64,000 bases of DNA, from the NCBI GenBank assembly GCA_963678065.2, contig CAXXVZ010000005.1, positions 256,001-320,000 of the forward strand. The letters run 5' to 3'. This DNA comes from Treponemataceae bacterium (GTDB lineage: Bacteria; Spirochaetota; Spirochaetia; Treponematales; Rectinemataceae). Shown piece after piece: positions 1-8,972 of the stretch (within the stretch, counting starts at the first letter, position 1; each line of letters begins with the position of its first letter). A program made the position numbers and the translations under genes. The notes beneath the pieces are model-generated. The model had not been told where the DNA came from, did not search any database, and worked only from the letters and a program-made list of their open reading frames with translations.

Positions 1-238
1 AGTGCATCGAAGTCCCCAGATCCCCCCGGAGGAGATTCCCGACATAGCGGATGTACTGCTCGTGCAGCGGACGATCGAATCCGTAGTAGCGAAGCATGTT
101 CTCCCGAATTTCGGGAGTAAGCTTGTCGCTCAGGAATGGATCGCCCGGCATCGCGCGGACGAGGAAGAATACGGCTGTCACCAGGATCAGCAGCGTGAAC
201 AAAGAGATCACGAAGCGTTTCAGGATGTATCTCAGCAA
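1..238 (-). CDS. oppB: Oligopeptide/dipeptide ABC permease (OppB/DppB family), 5' part; runs off the window edge
   Basis: Not in the ORF track. Manual translation from TTG at 238 gives MLRYILKRFVISLFTLLILVTAVFFLVRAMPGDP...YGFDRPLHEQYIRYVGNLLRGDLGTS, the typical OppB N-terminus. SD AGGGGAG lies upstream. Confidence 0.9.
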   Translation of the reverse strand, partial: MLRYILKRFVISLFTLLILVTAVFFLVRAMPGDPFLSDKLTPEIRENMLRYYGFDRPLHEQYIRYVGNLLRGDLGTSMH

Positions 239-278
239 CAAAGCTCCCCTTTCCGCAGGATTGTGCCTGATAATACAA

Positions 279-299
279 TGATATATCAGTTATATATCA
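279..299. promoter_or_regulatory. Palindromic operator candidate upstream of oppB
   Basis: TGATATATCAGTTATATATCA, containing the perfect palindrome TGATATATCA, in an AT-rich intergenic region. Confidence 0.4.
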
Positions 300-400
300 C
301 ATCGGATGATAGCATACCATCGGAATAAGTCAACCACTTTTTCTCGAATCCGGAACGGAATACATAAAAACAAAATATGAGGCCCATTTTATAGACAATT

Positions 401-416
401 TTGTATATACATACAA
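401..416. promoter_or_regulatory. GntR-like palindromic operator candidate
   Basis: TTGTAT-ATAC-ATACAA inverted repeat. Confidence 0.4.
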
Positions 417-542
417 CTTTATAAATTCGGACTGCGCACCCGTTTCTGTTGAGTGCGGTGCATTATGGTGAGTATCCAGCCAGTCGGTTGGCCTGGAAAA
501 ACAATAGAGGGTATGTCGCCTTTCGTGAGGCCGAAGCCGCGC

Positions 543-568
543 CTGTCCCGCCTCCGGGGGCGGGACAG
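543..568 (-). terminator. GC-rich hairpin downstream of cdr (possible terminator or stabiliser)
   Basis: CTGTCCCGCC...GGCGGGACAG stem; no clear U-tract. Confidence 0.4.
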
Positions 569-582
569 ATCATGCGTCGCTT

Positions 583-1917
583 CTATTTCGCCGCGTTCCC
601 TGCCACGTTGAGCGCGTCCCAGGTGCGCGCAAAAGGCGGAGCGTAACAGAGGTCCAGAAAACCGAGCTGATCCACGGTGAGCCCTCCCGCGATGGCCGCG
701 GCGAGAACATCGGTCCTGAGCACCGCACCCTGGCCGCCGAAGACCTGGCCACCCAGAAGCTTCCGCGTCGCAGGATCCCAGACAAGCTTCACGCCGATGT
801 CGTGCTGAGGCGGAAAATAATCCGCGTGGTCCTTGTCCACGATGAGGGTCGTCGCGCAGGAGATTCCGGCCTTCGCCGCATCCTGCTCCGAAGCGCCCGT
901 CCGGCCTGCCTCGATGCCGAGAACCTTGATGCAGGCTGAAGCGAGGGTGCCCGGGTATTCGCTCGCCTTGCCGGCAAGATTGTCCCCGACGATGCGGCCG
1001 AGCTTGTTGGCGCCGGTCGCGAGGGGCGTGTAGACGGGGAGCCTCTGCACGATGTGCGGCACCGCGGCGCAGTCTCCCGCGGCAAAGATATCGGGGAGGC
1101 TGGTGCGCCCCCGCCGGTCGACAACGATCGCCCCGTTCGGAAGCATCTCGAGTCCGATATCCTTCACGAAGGCCGTGGCGGGACGGACGCCCACGGCGAC
1201 GACGACGGCATCCGCGGGATACTCACCTTTCGCCGTCACGACTGAGGCGACGCGGCCTTTGCGGCCGCGAAGCTCGGTGACTGTCTCGGAGACATGGAGG
1301 TCGATGCCGGAGGCGCGCAGCTCAGCCTCGATCGCGTCGGTAGCCTCGCGGTCGAAGACATCGGGCAGGACGCGGTCGTCGAGCTGGATGATCCGCACCG
1401 ACTTTCCGCGGCGATGGAGGGCTTCGGCCGTCTCGAGCCCGATGAATCCGGCGCCGATGACGGTGACCTCGCGGCATGCAGGATCTTCGAGAGCGGAACG
1501 CAGCTTCCTCCCATCGGCGAGCGTGGTCAGGGTGAATACCTTGTCGAGCTCCAGATTCTTCACCGGCGGCATCACGGGGTTGGCGCCGGTCGCTATCATG
1601 AGCCTGTCCCAGCGGTCCTCGAAGATCCTGCCGTCCGCGTCCCTCACGCGAATCGTTTTATCCGCGGGACGCAGCTCGAGTACCTCGTGGTTGATGCGCA
1701 CGTCGATCCCCGATCCGGCGAGCTGGGCCGGCGTCCGGGCGATCATCCTCGATTCTTCCTCAAAGTTTCCGCCGACGAAATAGGGAAGACCGCAGGCCCC
1801 GAAGGATACAAGGTCGCGCTTTTCGTAGACCACAACTTCCGCATCCTTGGCCGTACGCTTCGCGCGCGCAGCGGCACTCATGCCCGCGGCGACTCCACCG
1901 ATGATCAGTATACGCAT
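583..1917 (-). CDS. cdr: CoA-disulfide reductase (pyridine nucleotide-disulfide oxidoreductase)
   Basis: Motifs IIGGVAAGMSAA, SFGACGLPY (single redox Cys), GAGFIGLE and C-terminal YAPPF. Start set at MRILIIGG; the ORF-track upstream extension overlaps tcyP. Confidence 0.88.
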   Translation of the reverse strand: MRILIIGGVAAGMSAAARAKRTAKDAEVVVYEKRDLVSFGACGLPYFVGGNFEEESRMIARTPAQLAGSGIDVRINHEVLELRPADKTIRVRDADGRIFEDRWDRLMIATGANPVMPPVKNLELDKVFTLTTLADGRKLRSALEDPACREVTVIGAGFIGLETAEALHRRGKSVRIIQLDDRVLPDVFDREATDAIEAELRASGIDLHVSETVTELRGRKGRVASVVTAKGEYPADAVVVAVGVRPATAFVKDIGLEMLPNGAIVVDRRGRTSLPDIFAAGDCAAVPHIVQRLPVYTPLATGANKLGRIVGDNLAGKASEYPGTLASACIKVLGIEAGRTGASEQDAAKAGISCATTLIVDKDHADYFPPQHDIGVKLVWDPATRKLLGGQVFGGQGAVLRTDVLAAAIAGGLTVDQLGFLDLCYAPPFARTWDALNVAGNAAK

Positions 1918-1931
1918 AGTGTCCTGGGCCC

Positions 1932-3326
1932 TCACCCGGCCTGGACCTGGTCGAGCTCGACATCTTTCGCGTTGTAAACCTTCATGTCGATCTCTTTCAT
2001 GATGCGGCCGGTGACCGCTCCCGCCACGAAGGCGTCGGAGACGTTGAGCGCGGTCCGGCCCATGTCGATGAGGGGCTCGATGGAGATGAGGAGGCCGGCG
2101 AGGGCTATGGGCAGATTCATCGTCGACAGGACGATGATCGCCGCGAAGGTCGCGCCGCCGCCCACGCCCGCCACGCCGAAGGAGGAGAGGGCCGTGGTCG
2201 CGATGAGACTGGCGAGCCAGAGGGGATTCATGGGATCGATGCCCACCGTCGGGGCTATCATGACAGCGACCATGGCGGGATAGATTCCAGCGCAGCCGTT
2301 CTGCCCGATGGTCGTTCCGAAGGTGGCAGCAAAATTGGCGATGGCCTCGGATATGCCGAGCTTCTTGTTCTGGCACTCGACGGTCAGGGGAAGCGTGCCC
2401 ATGCTCGTGCGCGAGGTGAAGGCGAAGGTGAGGACGGGCCAGGCCTTCTTCACGTAGGTGAATGGATTCATCCTGAACAGGGTGAAGATGATGAGGTGGA
2501 TGATGAACATCGCGATGAGGGCGGTGTAGGAGGCGATGACGAACTTGCCGAGGTTGAGGATGGCGAGGTAGTCGGTCTCCGCCACCGTCGCCGCCATGAT
2601 GGCGAGGATGCCGTAGGGCGTCATCTTGAGGATCATGCCGACGAGGCGCATGGTGATCGCGTAGGCCGCGTCGACTATCTTCTGGAAGGTTTCCGCCTCC
2701 TTAGGGTACTTCTTCCTGATGCCCATCGCGGCGACACCCACGAATGCCGAGAAGATGACGACTGCGAGGGTGGAGGTAGTGCGCGCGCCCGTCATGTCGC
2801 GGAAGGGATTGGTGGGGACGAACTCGAGGAGCTTGGATGCGAAAGGCGTGTTCGCCGTGTCGGCCTTGGTCTCGAGCGAGGCTCCGCGGACAACCTCGGC
2901 ATTGCCTTTCTGTATCTGGTTCGCATTGAGTCCGTAGACAAGCGCAGAGCCCGCACCGACCGTGGCGGCTATGCCCGCGGTGAGCACGAGGACGAAAAGG
3001 ACGCTCGTGCTCATCCGGCCGAGGTTCTTGGTGTCCTTCAATTTCAGGATGGCCGAGATGATCGATACCATGATGAGGGGTATGGTGATCATCTTGAGGA
3101 ATCCGACGTAGCCGTTGCCGACGAGCCAGTACCAGCTCATGGTATCGCCCAGGGACTTTCCGTTCCCGGCAAAGGCGAATTTCAGGATTGTGCCGAGCGC
3201 GACACCCATCCCGAGGCCTGCCACAGTGCGGAGCGGGAAGGAGACCTTGCGCTGCTGGAGCATGACGATCAGCACGGCGCAGAACAACAGGGCCAGGATA
3301 CCTACCACGGTCAGGTACGGATTCAT
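1932..3326 (-). CDS. tcyP: L-cystine:cation symporter (DAACS family, TcyP type)
   Basis: Multi-TM protein with GQNGCAGIYPAM and SFGVAGVGGGA motifs; strong SD GAGGAGG. Confidence 0.9.
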   Translation of the reverse strand: MNPYLTVVGILALLFCAVLIVMLQQRKVSFPLRTVAGLGMGVALGTILKFAFAGNGKSLGDTMSWYWLVGNGYVGFLKMITIPLIMVSIISAILKLKDTKNLGRMSTSVLFVLVLTAGIAATVGAGSALVYGLNANQIQKGNAEVVRGASLETKADTANTPFASKLLEFVPTNPFRDMTGARTTSTLAVVIFSAFVGVAAMGIRKKYPKEAETFQKIVDAAYAITMRLVGMILKMTPYGILAIMAATVAETDYLAILNLGKFVIASYTALIAMFIIHLIIFTLFRMNPFTYVKKAWPVLTFAFTSRTSMGTLPLTVECQNKKLGISEAIANFAATFGTTIGQNGCAGIYPAMVAVMIAPTVGIDPMNPLWLASLIATTALSSFGVAGVGGGATFAAIIVLSTMNLPIALAGLLISIEPLIDMGRTALNVSDAFVAGAVTGRIMKEIDMKVYNAKDVELDQVQAG

Positions 3327-3434
3327 GGGATGCCTCCTCGATCTCGATGATGGTATCCGCGCGTCCGGCCGGGCGTGGCCGGAGCTGCACGGCAACCAGC
3401 GATGCGGACTGCCACGGCGCGGTTCACCGGGGGA

Positions 3435-4787
3435 TTACTTCCTGACGGAGGCCTTGAAGGCCCCGAAAAGCTGGTCGAGAGCGGCGGTGTATGTCTTGTA
3501 GTTCTTGCCGACCTCTCCTTTTTCATCCTTGTAGGCGGGCTGCATGTCTGCCCAGGTGTACATGAGCTCGATCTGGCCCATGATGGGATCCGGGTTGCCC
3601 TGGGCGTCCTTGCGGTCCTTGTTGTAGACGAAGACGTAGGGAACCTGGAGCTTGTTGGCGAGGACGACCTTGCCATTCTTGTCCGTGTAGGAGACGCCAT
3701 TCTTTTCCGGGGCGTATTCGGTGACGATTCCCGGGAAGTACTTCCTCACGAGGTCGACGTAGAGGTTGGCGTAGGGATTCTTCGTGTCCCGTATGTGAAG
3801 GGCTTTGCCGTCCAGCTTGAAGTCGAAGTTGTAGATCGTGTCGATGTCGTACTTGGCCGCCCACGCGTTCACATACTTGATGACGGCGCGGGTATTCGGG
3901 CACCAGGAGCCGCCGAACATGAATACGTAATTGCCGGAGCTGTCCAGGATCTTCACGAGCTCGGGGTAGGAGACGCTGCGGATGACCCAGTTCTTGTTGT
4001 CTTCAGCGCCCAGGATGGTCGCACCTGCGTTCTTGTTGAACACCGCCGAGTAATAGTCGAAATCGTCGAGGTAGTCGAGCCTGGCGACCTTCCTGCCGCC
4101 CTGAACGACCGAGACGGCGTCGAAAAGCGGCCTGATCTCTTTCTTGTATGCCTCGATCTTGACGGGGTCCGCGGCGCCATTCGTGACGAAGTCCTCCCAG
4201 ACGAACATCTTCTCGTAGGAGGCGATGATGGGCGCGGGATTGCCTTTCGCGTCCTTGTTGTTGCGGTTGTAAAGGAAGAGGAAGGGTACCTGGAGTTTGT
4301 TCGCGACGAGGTCGGCGCCGTTCGCGTCCTTGTAGCTGACGTTATTTTTGGCCTTGTCGTAGATGGTGACGATGTTGGGCAGGTACTTGTTCACCATGTC
4401 GACGTAGAGGTTCGCGTAGGGACTCTTCGTGTCGCGGATCTGGAGGACGCCTGAGTCGAGCTTGGTGTCGAAGTTGTAGATAGTCTTGACCCCGTACTCC
4501 TTCGCGACGTCGTTGATCTGGCCGATGACGGCCTGAGTGTTCGGGCACCATGCGCCGCCGAGGAGGATCATGTAGGTCCCGTCGGTCTCGAAGAGGTTCA
4601 GGAGCTGGTGGTAGGTCGTGGTCCTGAATACCGGCGCCGGGTCCGTGAGATGGGCGAAGGCGCCGCTGGAGTAGTAGCTGAATGTCGAATTGATGCCCTT
4701 CCCCTGCTGGGCGAAAGCGCCTGCGACGGTGAACGCCATCAGGGCGACGAGCAGACAAGCCTTAAAGGCAGACTTCATTGTCCTCAT
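3435..4787 (-). CDS. Exported protein with two tandem thioredoxin-like domains (WCPNT monothiol motifs)
   Basis: Signal peptide (...VAGAFA-QQ). Internal duplication GGAWCPNT...ANKLQVP / GGSWCPNT...ANKLQVP. SD AAGGAGG. Confidence 0.75.
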   Translation of the reverse strand: MRTMKSAFKACLLVALMAFTVAGAFAQQGKGINSTFSYYSSGAFAHLTDPAPVFRTTTYHQLLNLFETDGTYMILLGGAWCPNTQAVIGQINDVAKEYGVKTIYNFDTKLDSGVLQIRDTKSPYANLYVDMVNKYLPNIVTIYDKAKNNVSYKDANGADLVANKLQVPFLFLYNRNNKDAKGNPAPIIASYEKMFVWEDFVTNGAADPVKIEAYKKEIRPLFDAVSVVQGGRKVARLDYLDDFDYYSAVFNKNAGATILGAEDNKNWVIRSVSYPELVKILDSSGNYVFMFGGSWCPNTRAVIKYVNAWAAKYDIDTIYNFDFKLDGKALHIRDTKNPYANLYVDLVRKYFPGIVTEYAPEKNGVSYTDKNGKVVLANKLQVPYVFVYNKDRKDAQGNPDPIMGQIELMYTWADMQPAYKDEKGEVGKNYKTYTAALDQLFGAFKASVRK

Positions 4788-4860
4788 CACATTCCTCCTT
4801 GTGATACGTATGTATGTCCTGTCGGCGGACCGGCGTGGACTCCATGGTTGAAAACCGGCG

Positions 4861-5106
4861 TCAGGGGCAGGTCTCTCCCGAGCTCGGGGGTTCCGCGCTC
4901 TGGGAATTCTGTGCCGGAGCAGGTGCCGCGGCTTGGGCCGGTGCGGCTGCGGACTGCGGAGCGGGAGCGTTGATGATAATGCCTCCCGGGCGCTGCCCGA
5001 GGATCGATTCCGCGGCGACGGCGGCGCGGTTCTTGGTCTCCTGCCAGTACGCCAAGGCGGAGAACACGACGATGGCAAGCGCCAGGAAGGCTGCGAGTTT
5101 CTTCAT
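4861..5106 (-). CDS. Small (81 aa) membrane-anchored or exported protein with Ala/Pro/Gln linker and C-terminal Cys-Pro
   Basis: SD AAGGAGG; MKKLAAFLALAIVVFSALAYW hydrophobic segment; ends ...SSGETCP-stop. Confidence 0.7.
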   Translation of the reverse strand: MKKLAAFLALAIVVFSALAYWQETKNRAAVAAESILGQRPGGIIINAPAPQSAAAPAQAAAPAPAQNSQSAEPPSSGETCP

Positions 5107-5162
5107 GGCTGGTTCCTCCTTCATCGACGGATGCGGATCGCGCAGGAAATCCGACGATTCCA

Positions 5163-5207
5163 CGAAACACCAACGATAGAGGTAGCATGGTGTTTCGGGC
5201 AGGTCAA
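5163..5207 (-). promoter_or_regulatory. Promoter of the thiol operon overlapped by a perfect 10-bp inverted repeat
   Basis: TTGACC-17 nt-TACCTC with extended TG on the minus strand; CGAAACACCA-N15-TGGTGTTTCG at 5163-5197. Confidence 0.55.
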
Positions 5208-5447
5208 GCAAATATTTACGGCACCAATGAAATCGATGCCGGATCGATCGGCGCAGGGTGAGGCCTGTTTGGGCCGGGCTGGCCGAAGGTGGCGGAGCGC
5301 CGGTCAGCTTCGCCTTGCCAGGAATCTTCTCATCGATACCGCGAGGAAAAGATGATAGTATGGGCACCGTGATAGCGGATTGAATACATGGACGGCGGAC
5401 ACGGCCCGGTTGAGAATAGCGTTCAAAGCTCAGGTCGGAGGTTAAAT

Positions 5448-5834
5448 ATGGAAAACGGACAAAGGAAATTCGATTCCATCGACGACTACATCGGAGGGTT
5501 TCCGCCTGAAACCCAGGCAATCCTGAAAGAATTGCGGGAAGCGATACGTGAGGCGGCCCCGGAGGCGGAGGAAAAAATCAGCTATCAGATGCCGACATTC
5601 TTTTTGAAAGGCAATCTGGTCTATTTCGCGGCCTATGAAAACCATATCGGGTTATATCCCGCGCCAAGCGGAATTGAAGCCTTCGGGAATGAACTGAATG
5701 CGTATAAAAGCGGAAAAGGCTCGATCCGGTTTCCGATAGATGAACCATTGCCTTTGGAATTGATAAAGAGGATCGTGCGCTTCCGGGTCGAGGAAAACAT
5801 AAACAAATTCATGAAAAAGAAGAACAGGAAATAA
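5448..5834 (+). CDS. DUF1801 (YdhG-like) protein
   Basis: IDDYI...LREAIREAAPEAEEKISYQMPTF...FAAYENHIGLYP signature; SD GGAGG. Confidence 0.85.
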   Translation: MENGQRKFDSIDDYIGGFPPETQAILKELREAIREAAPEAEEKISYQMPTFFLKGNLVYFAAYENHIGLYPAPSGIEAFGNELNAYKSGKGSIRFPIDEPLPLELIKRIVRFRVEENINKFMKKKNRK

Positions 5835-5880
5835 AGAACGACAGGGCTCGATGTGCGGGGCGGGCCTGGGAAAACGCAGC

Positions 5881-5955
5881 AAAAGCCGCCGGCCGAGCCA
5901 GTCGGCTTTTGCATATCAGAGAGGCCCTGTCGGCGATGACAGGGCCTCTCGTTTT
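5881..5955. terminator. Two hairpins between convergent genes (bidirectional terminator region)
   Basis: AAAAGCCG...CGGCTTTT (5881-5910) and perfect 13-bp stem GAGAGGCCCTGTC/GACAGGGCCTCTC (5919-5950). Confidence 0.65.
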
Positions 5956-6013
5956 ACATGGGCGTTTCCCCCAGGGAGAGTTTCCTTTCGGGGGTTCCCC
6001 CTGAATGAGAGCC

Positions 6014-7762
6014 CTACTCTTCCAGAATCTGCTCGTCGATGGCCGCGCCGCCCGGGACCATGGGCAGAACGCGCTCGTCGATGTCGATGCGGGCGTCGAC
6101 GAGGGCAGCTTTGCCGGAACGGACGACAGCGAGGGCCGAGTCGAGGGCGGCTGTGAAGCTGCCTTCGTCCGCGGCGCGGAAGCCCGTGAGGTCGTAGGCT
6201 TCCGCGAGTTTGACGAAATCCGGCGGCCTGTCCAGGTTCGTGTTGGAGTAGCGGTCGTCGTAGAAGAAACTCTGCCACTGCCGCACCATGCCCAGGGTTC
6301 GGTTGTTCACGATGACGATGAGGATGGCGACGCCGAAGGAGGCAGCGGTCGCGAGCTCATTGCAGTTCATGCGGAACGAACCGTCGCCGGTCACGAGAAC
6401 GACGGTGCGGCCGGGATTCGCGATCTTGGAGCCGATGGCGGCGCCCAGGCCGAAGCCCATGGTGCCCAAGCCCCCCGAGCTTATGAACGTGCGCGGCTTC
6501 GAGAAGGGATAGAACTGGGCCGTCCACATCTGATGCTGTCCGACGTCGGTGGCGACGATGGCGTCGTCGCCTACGCGGGCGTGGATTTCTTCCATTATAA
6601 AGCGAGGGTGCAGAGGGGTCTCGCGCGAGTGGGCGCTGGGCACAACCTTCTTCCATTCCTCGATCTCGCCGTTCCAGGTCGACCTGCTCCGCGCCGGAAG
6701 TTCGGCCAACAGGCTCCCGAGCACATCCTTGATGTCGCCGACGATGGAGAATTCCGTGCGGATGTTCTTGTTGATCTCGGCCGGGTCGATATCGATGTGG
6801 AGGATTTTGGCGTTGACGGCGAAGCGGTCGGCGCGGCTCACGACGCGGTCAGAGAACCGCGCGCCGATGGCGAGGACGAGGTCGGCGTTCTGCATGGCCG
6901 TGTTGGAGGCCTTCGTGCCGTGCATGCCGATCATGCCGGTCGCGAGGGGGTGAGAGTAGGGAAAGGCCCCCTGCCCCATGAGACTAGTCGCGACCGGCGC
7001 ATGCAGGCGCTCGGCCAGCTCTTTGAGCTCCGCGCTGGCCTCGGAGCTGATGACGCCGCCGCCCGCATAGATGAAGGGTTTTTCGGCCGCGGCGAGGAGT
7101 CCCGCCGCCTTCCGGATCTCGTCGGGCGTGAAAGTGCTCCGCGCCGCGCGGGAATCCAGACGCCTGCCTCGCGCGAGCGTCACGAGGTCGGAAGAACTCA
7201 CGCTCTCCGCCCGGTCCGGAGCGAGGCCATCAGCGGCCAGGGGTTCCCATTCGGCCATCGCAGCGGAGACATCCTTGGGGATGTCGACGAGGACGGGGCC
7301 GGGCCTGCCCGAGCGCGCCGTGAGGAAAGCCTCGCGCATGACTTCCGCGAGCTCTGACGCGCTGCGGACGATCCAGTTGTGCTTCGTGATCGGCATGGTG
7401 ACGCCGGCGATGTCGACTTCCTGGAAACTGTCCTTGCCGAGGAGGGGCGTCGCGACGTTGCCGGTGATGGCCACCATGGGGATGGAGTCCATGTAGGCCG
7501 TCGCGATGCCGGTCACGAGGTTGGTCGCGCCGGGACCGGAGGTCGCGAGGCAGACGCCGACCTTGCCCGAGGACCGCGCGTAGCCGTCGGCCGCGTGGGC
7601 CGCGCCCTGTTCGTGGCTCGTGAGGATGTGTCTGATCCTGTGCTTCTGCTTGAAGAGTTCGTCGTAGATATAGAGAACCGTGCCTCCTGGATAGCCGAAA
7701 ATGGTGTCCACTCCCTGCTCGATGAGACACTCGATCAAGATTCTCGATCCCGAATACTGCAT
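6014..7762 (-). CDS. ilvB: Acetolactate synthase large subunit
   Basis: FGYPGG, HEQGAAHAADGYAR, TSGPGATN, GDGSFRMN TPP-binding motif. Confidence 0.95.
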   Translation of the reverse strand: MQYSGSRILIECLIEQGVDTIFGYPGGTVLYIYDELFKQKHRIRHILTSHEQGAAHAADGYARSSGKVGVCLATSGPGATNLVTGIATAYMDSIPMVAITGNVATPLLGKDSFQEVDIAGVTMPITKHNWIVRSASELAEVMREAFLTARSGRPGPVLVDIPKDVSAAMAEWEPLAADGLAPDRAESVSSSDLVTLARGRRLDSRAARSTFTPDEIRKAAGLLAAAEKPFIYAGGGVISSEASAELKELAERLHAPVATSLMGQGAFPYSHPLATGMIGMHGTKASNTAMQNADLVLAIGARFSDRVVSRADRFAVNAKILHIDIDPAEINKNIRTEFSIVGDIKDVLGSLLAELPARSRSTWNGEIEEWKKVVPSAHSRETPLHPRFIMEEIHARVGDDAIVATDVGQHQMWTAQFYPFSKPRTFISSGGLGTMGFGLGAAIGSKIANPGRTVVLVTGDGSFRMNCNELATAASFGVAILIVIVNNRTLGMVRQWQSFFYDDRYSNTNLDRPPDFVKLAEAYDLTGFRAADEGSFTAALDSALAVVRSGKAALVDARIDIDERVLPMVPGGAAIDEQILEE

Positions 7763-7781
7763 TGTGATTCCTTGCCGGGCT

Positions 7782-8972
7782 CTATTTTCCCAGCATCTCG
7801 ACGACGCGGTCGCCCATGGCGGCCGTGCCGAGGATGACTTCCTTCTCCGAAGCGCCGGCGATGCCACTCATGGCGTCGCCACTCTTGGTGGCGACGCTGC
7901 GTCCGGCGATATCCCTTGTCCTGTAACCTGCATCGAGAACGGCGGCGACCGCCCTCTCTACAGATGACGCTTCTGTCTCCAGGCCGAAGGAATGGCGCAA
8001 CATCATGGCCACCGAGAGGATCGTGGCGAGGGGATTGGCGATATCCTTGCCGGCGATGTCGGGCGCGGAGCCATGGATGGGCTCGTAGAGGCCCATGGGT
8101 CCTTTTCGCGTTCCCGCGGCAGGCTCGTCGGCACCTAGACTGGCGCTCGCGGCGCGAGCGCCAGTCTCTTCTCCGAGACTCGCGCTCGCGAGCATTCCTA
8201 TGGAACCCGTCAGCACACTGGCCTCGTCGGAGAGGATGTCGCCGAAGAGGTTCGAGGTGACGATGACGTCGAACTGGCCGGGGCTGCGGACGAGCTGCAT
8301 GGCGCAGTTGTCGACATACATGTAGCTCGTCTCGACCTCGGGATAGTCTTTGCAGACACGGGCGGCGACTTCGCGCCAGAGCCGGGAAGACTCGAGGACG
8401 TTGGCCTTGTCGACCACGCAGAGCTTCTTCGAGCGCAGGAGGGCGGCGCGGTAGCCTGAGCGGAGGACGCGCTCGATCTCGGGGACGGAATAGAACTCGG
8501 TGTCCCATGCGCCCTGGCCGTCGGCGCTGCGGCCGCGCTCGCCGAAGTACAGGCCTCCGGTGAGTTCGCGCACGATGAGAAGGTCGAAGCCTTTGCCGAC
8601 AACCTCGTCCTTGAGGGGGCAGGCGTCCTTCAGCTGGGGCAGGAGGGCGGCGGGCCGGAGGTTGGCGAAGACGCCGAGACCGGCGCGAAGGCCGAGGAGG
8701 GCACGCTCGGGGCGGAGGTGACCGGGAAGCGTGTCCCACTTGGGTCCGCCGACAGCGCCGAGGAGGACGGCGTCCGAGGCCTTGGCTGCCGCGAGGGTCG
8801 CGTCGGGCAGGGGGACTCCCGTCGCGTCGATGGCGCAGCCGCCCGCAAGGAGGGTCGTGGTCGCGAACTCGTGGCCGAACTTCGCGCCGACCGCGCCGAG
8901 GACTTTCAGGGCTTCGCGGATGACATCGGGGCCGATGCCGTCGCCGGAAATTACCGCGATGGAGTACTTCAT
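7782..8972 (-). CDS. leuB: 3-isopropylmalate dehydrogenase
   Basis: [39 protein letters not shown]. Confidence 0.95.
   Translation of the reverse strand: MKYSIAVISGDGIGPDVIREALKVLGAVGAKFGHEFATTTLLAGGCAIDATGVPLPDATLAAAKASDAVLLGAVGGPKWDTLPGHLRPERALLGLRAGLGVFANLRPAALLPQLKDACPLKDEVVGKGFDLLIVRELTGGLYFGERGRSADGQGAWDTEFYSVPEIERVLRSGYRAALLRSKKLCVVDKANVLESSRLWREVAARVCKDYPEVETSYMYVDNCAMQLVRSPGQFDVIVTSNLFGDILSDEASVLTGSIGMLASASLGEETGARAASASLGADEPAAGTRKGPMGLYEPIHGSAPDIAGKDIANPLATILSVAMMLRHSFGLETEASSVERAVAAVLDAGYRTRDIAGRSVATKSGDAMSGIAGASEKEVILGTAAMGDRVVEMLGK

Noticed and set aside
2..328. 108-aa plus-strand ORF
   Set aside because: It is the antisense shadow of the oppB 5' end on the minus strand
4760..4863. 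Selenocysteine readthrough of the TGA after ...TCP in the small protein
   Set aside because: C-P-U is not a CxxU motif, no convincing SECIS hairpin was seen, and the readthrough peptide runs over the next gene's SD and looks non-coding
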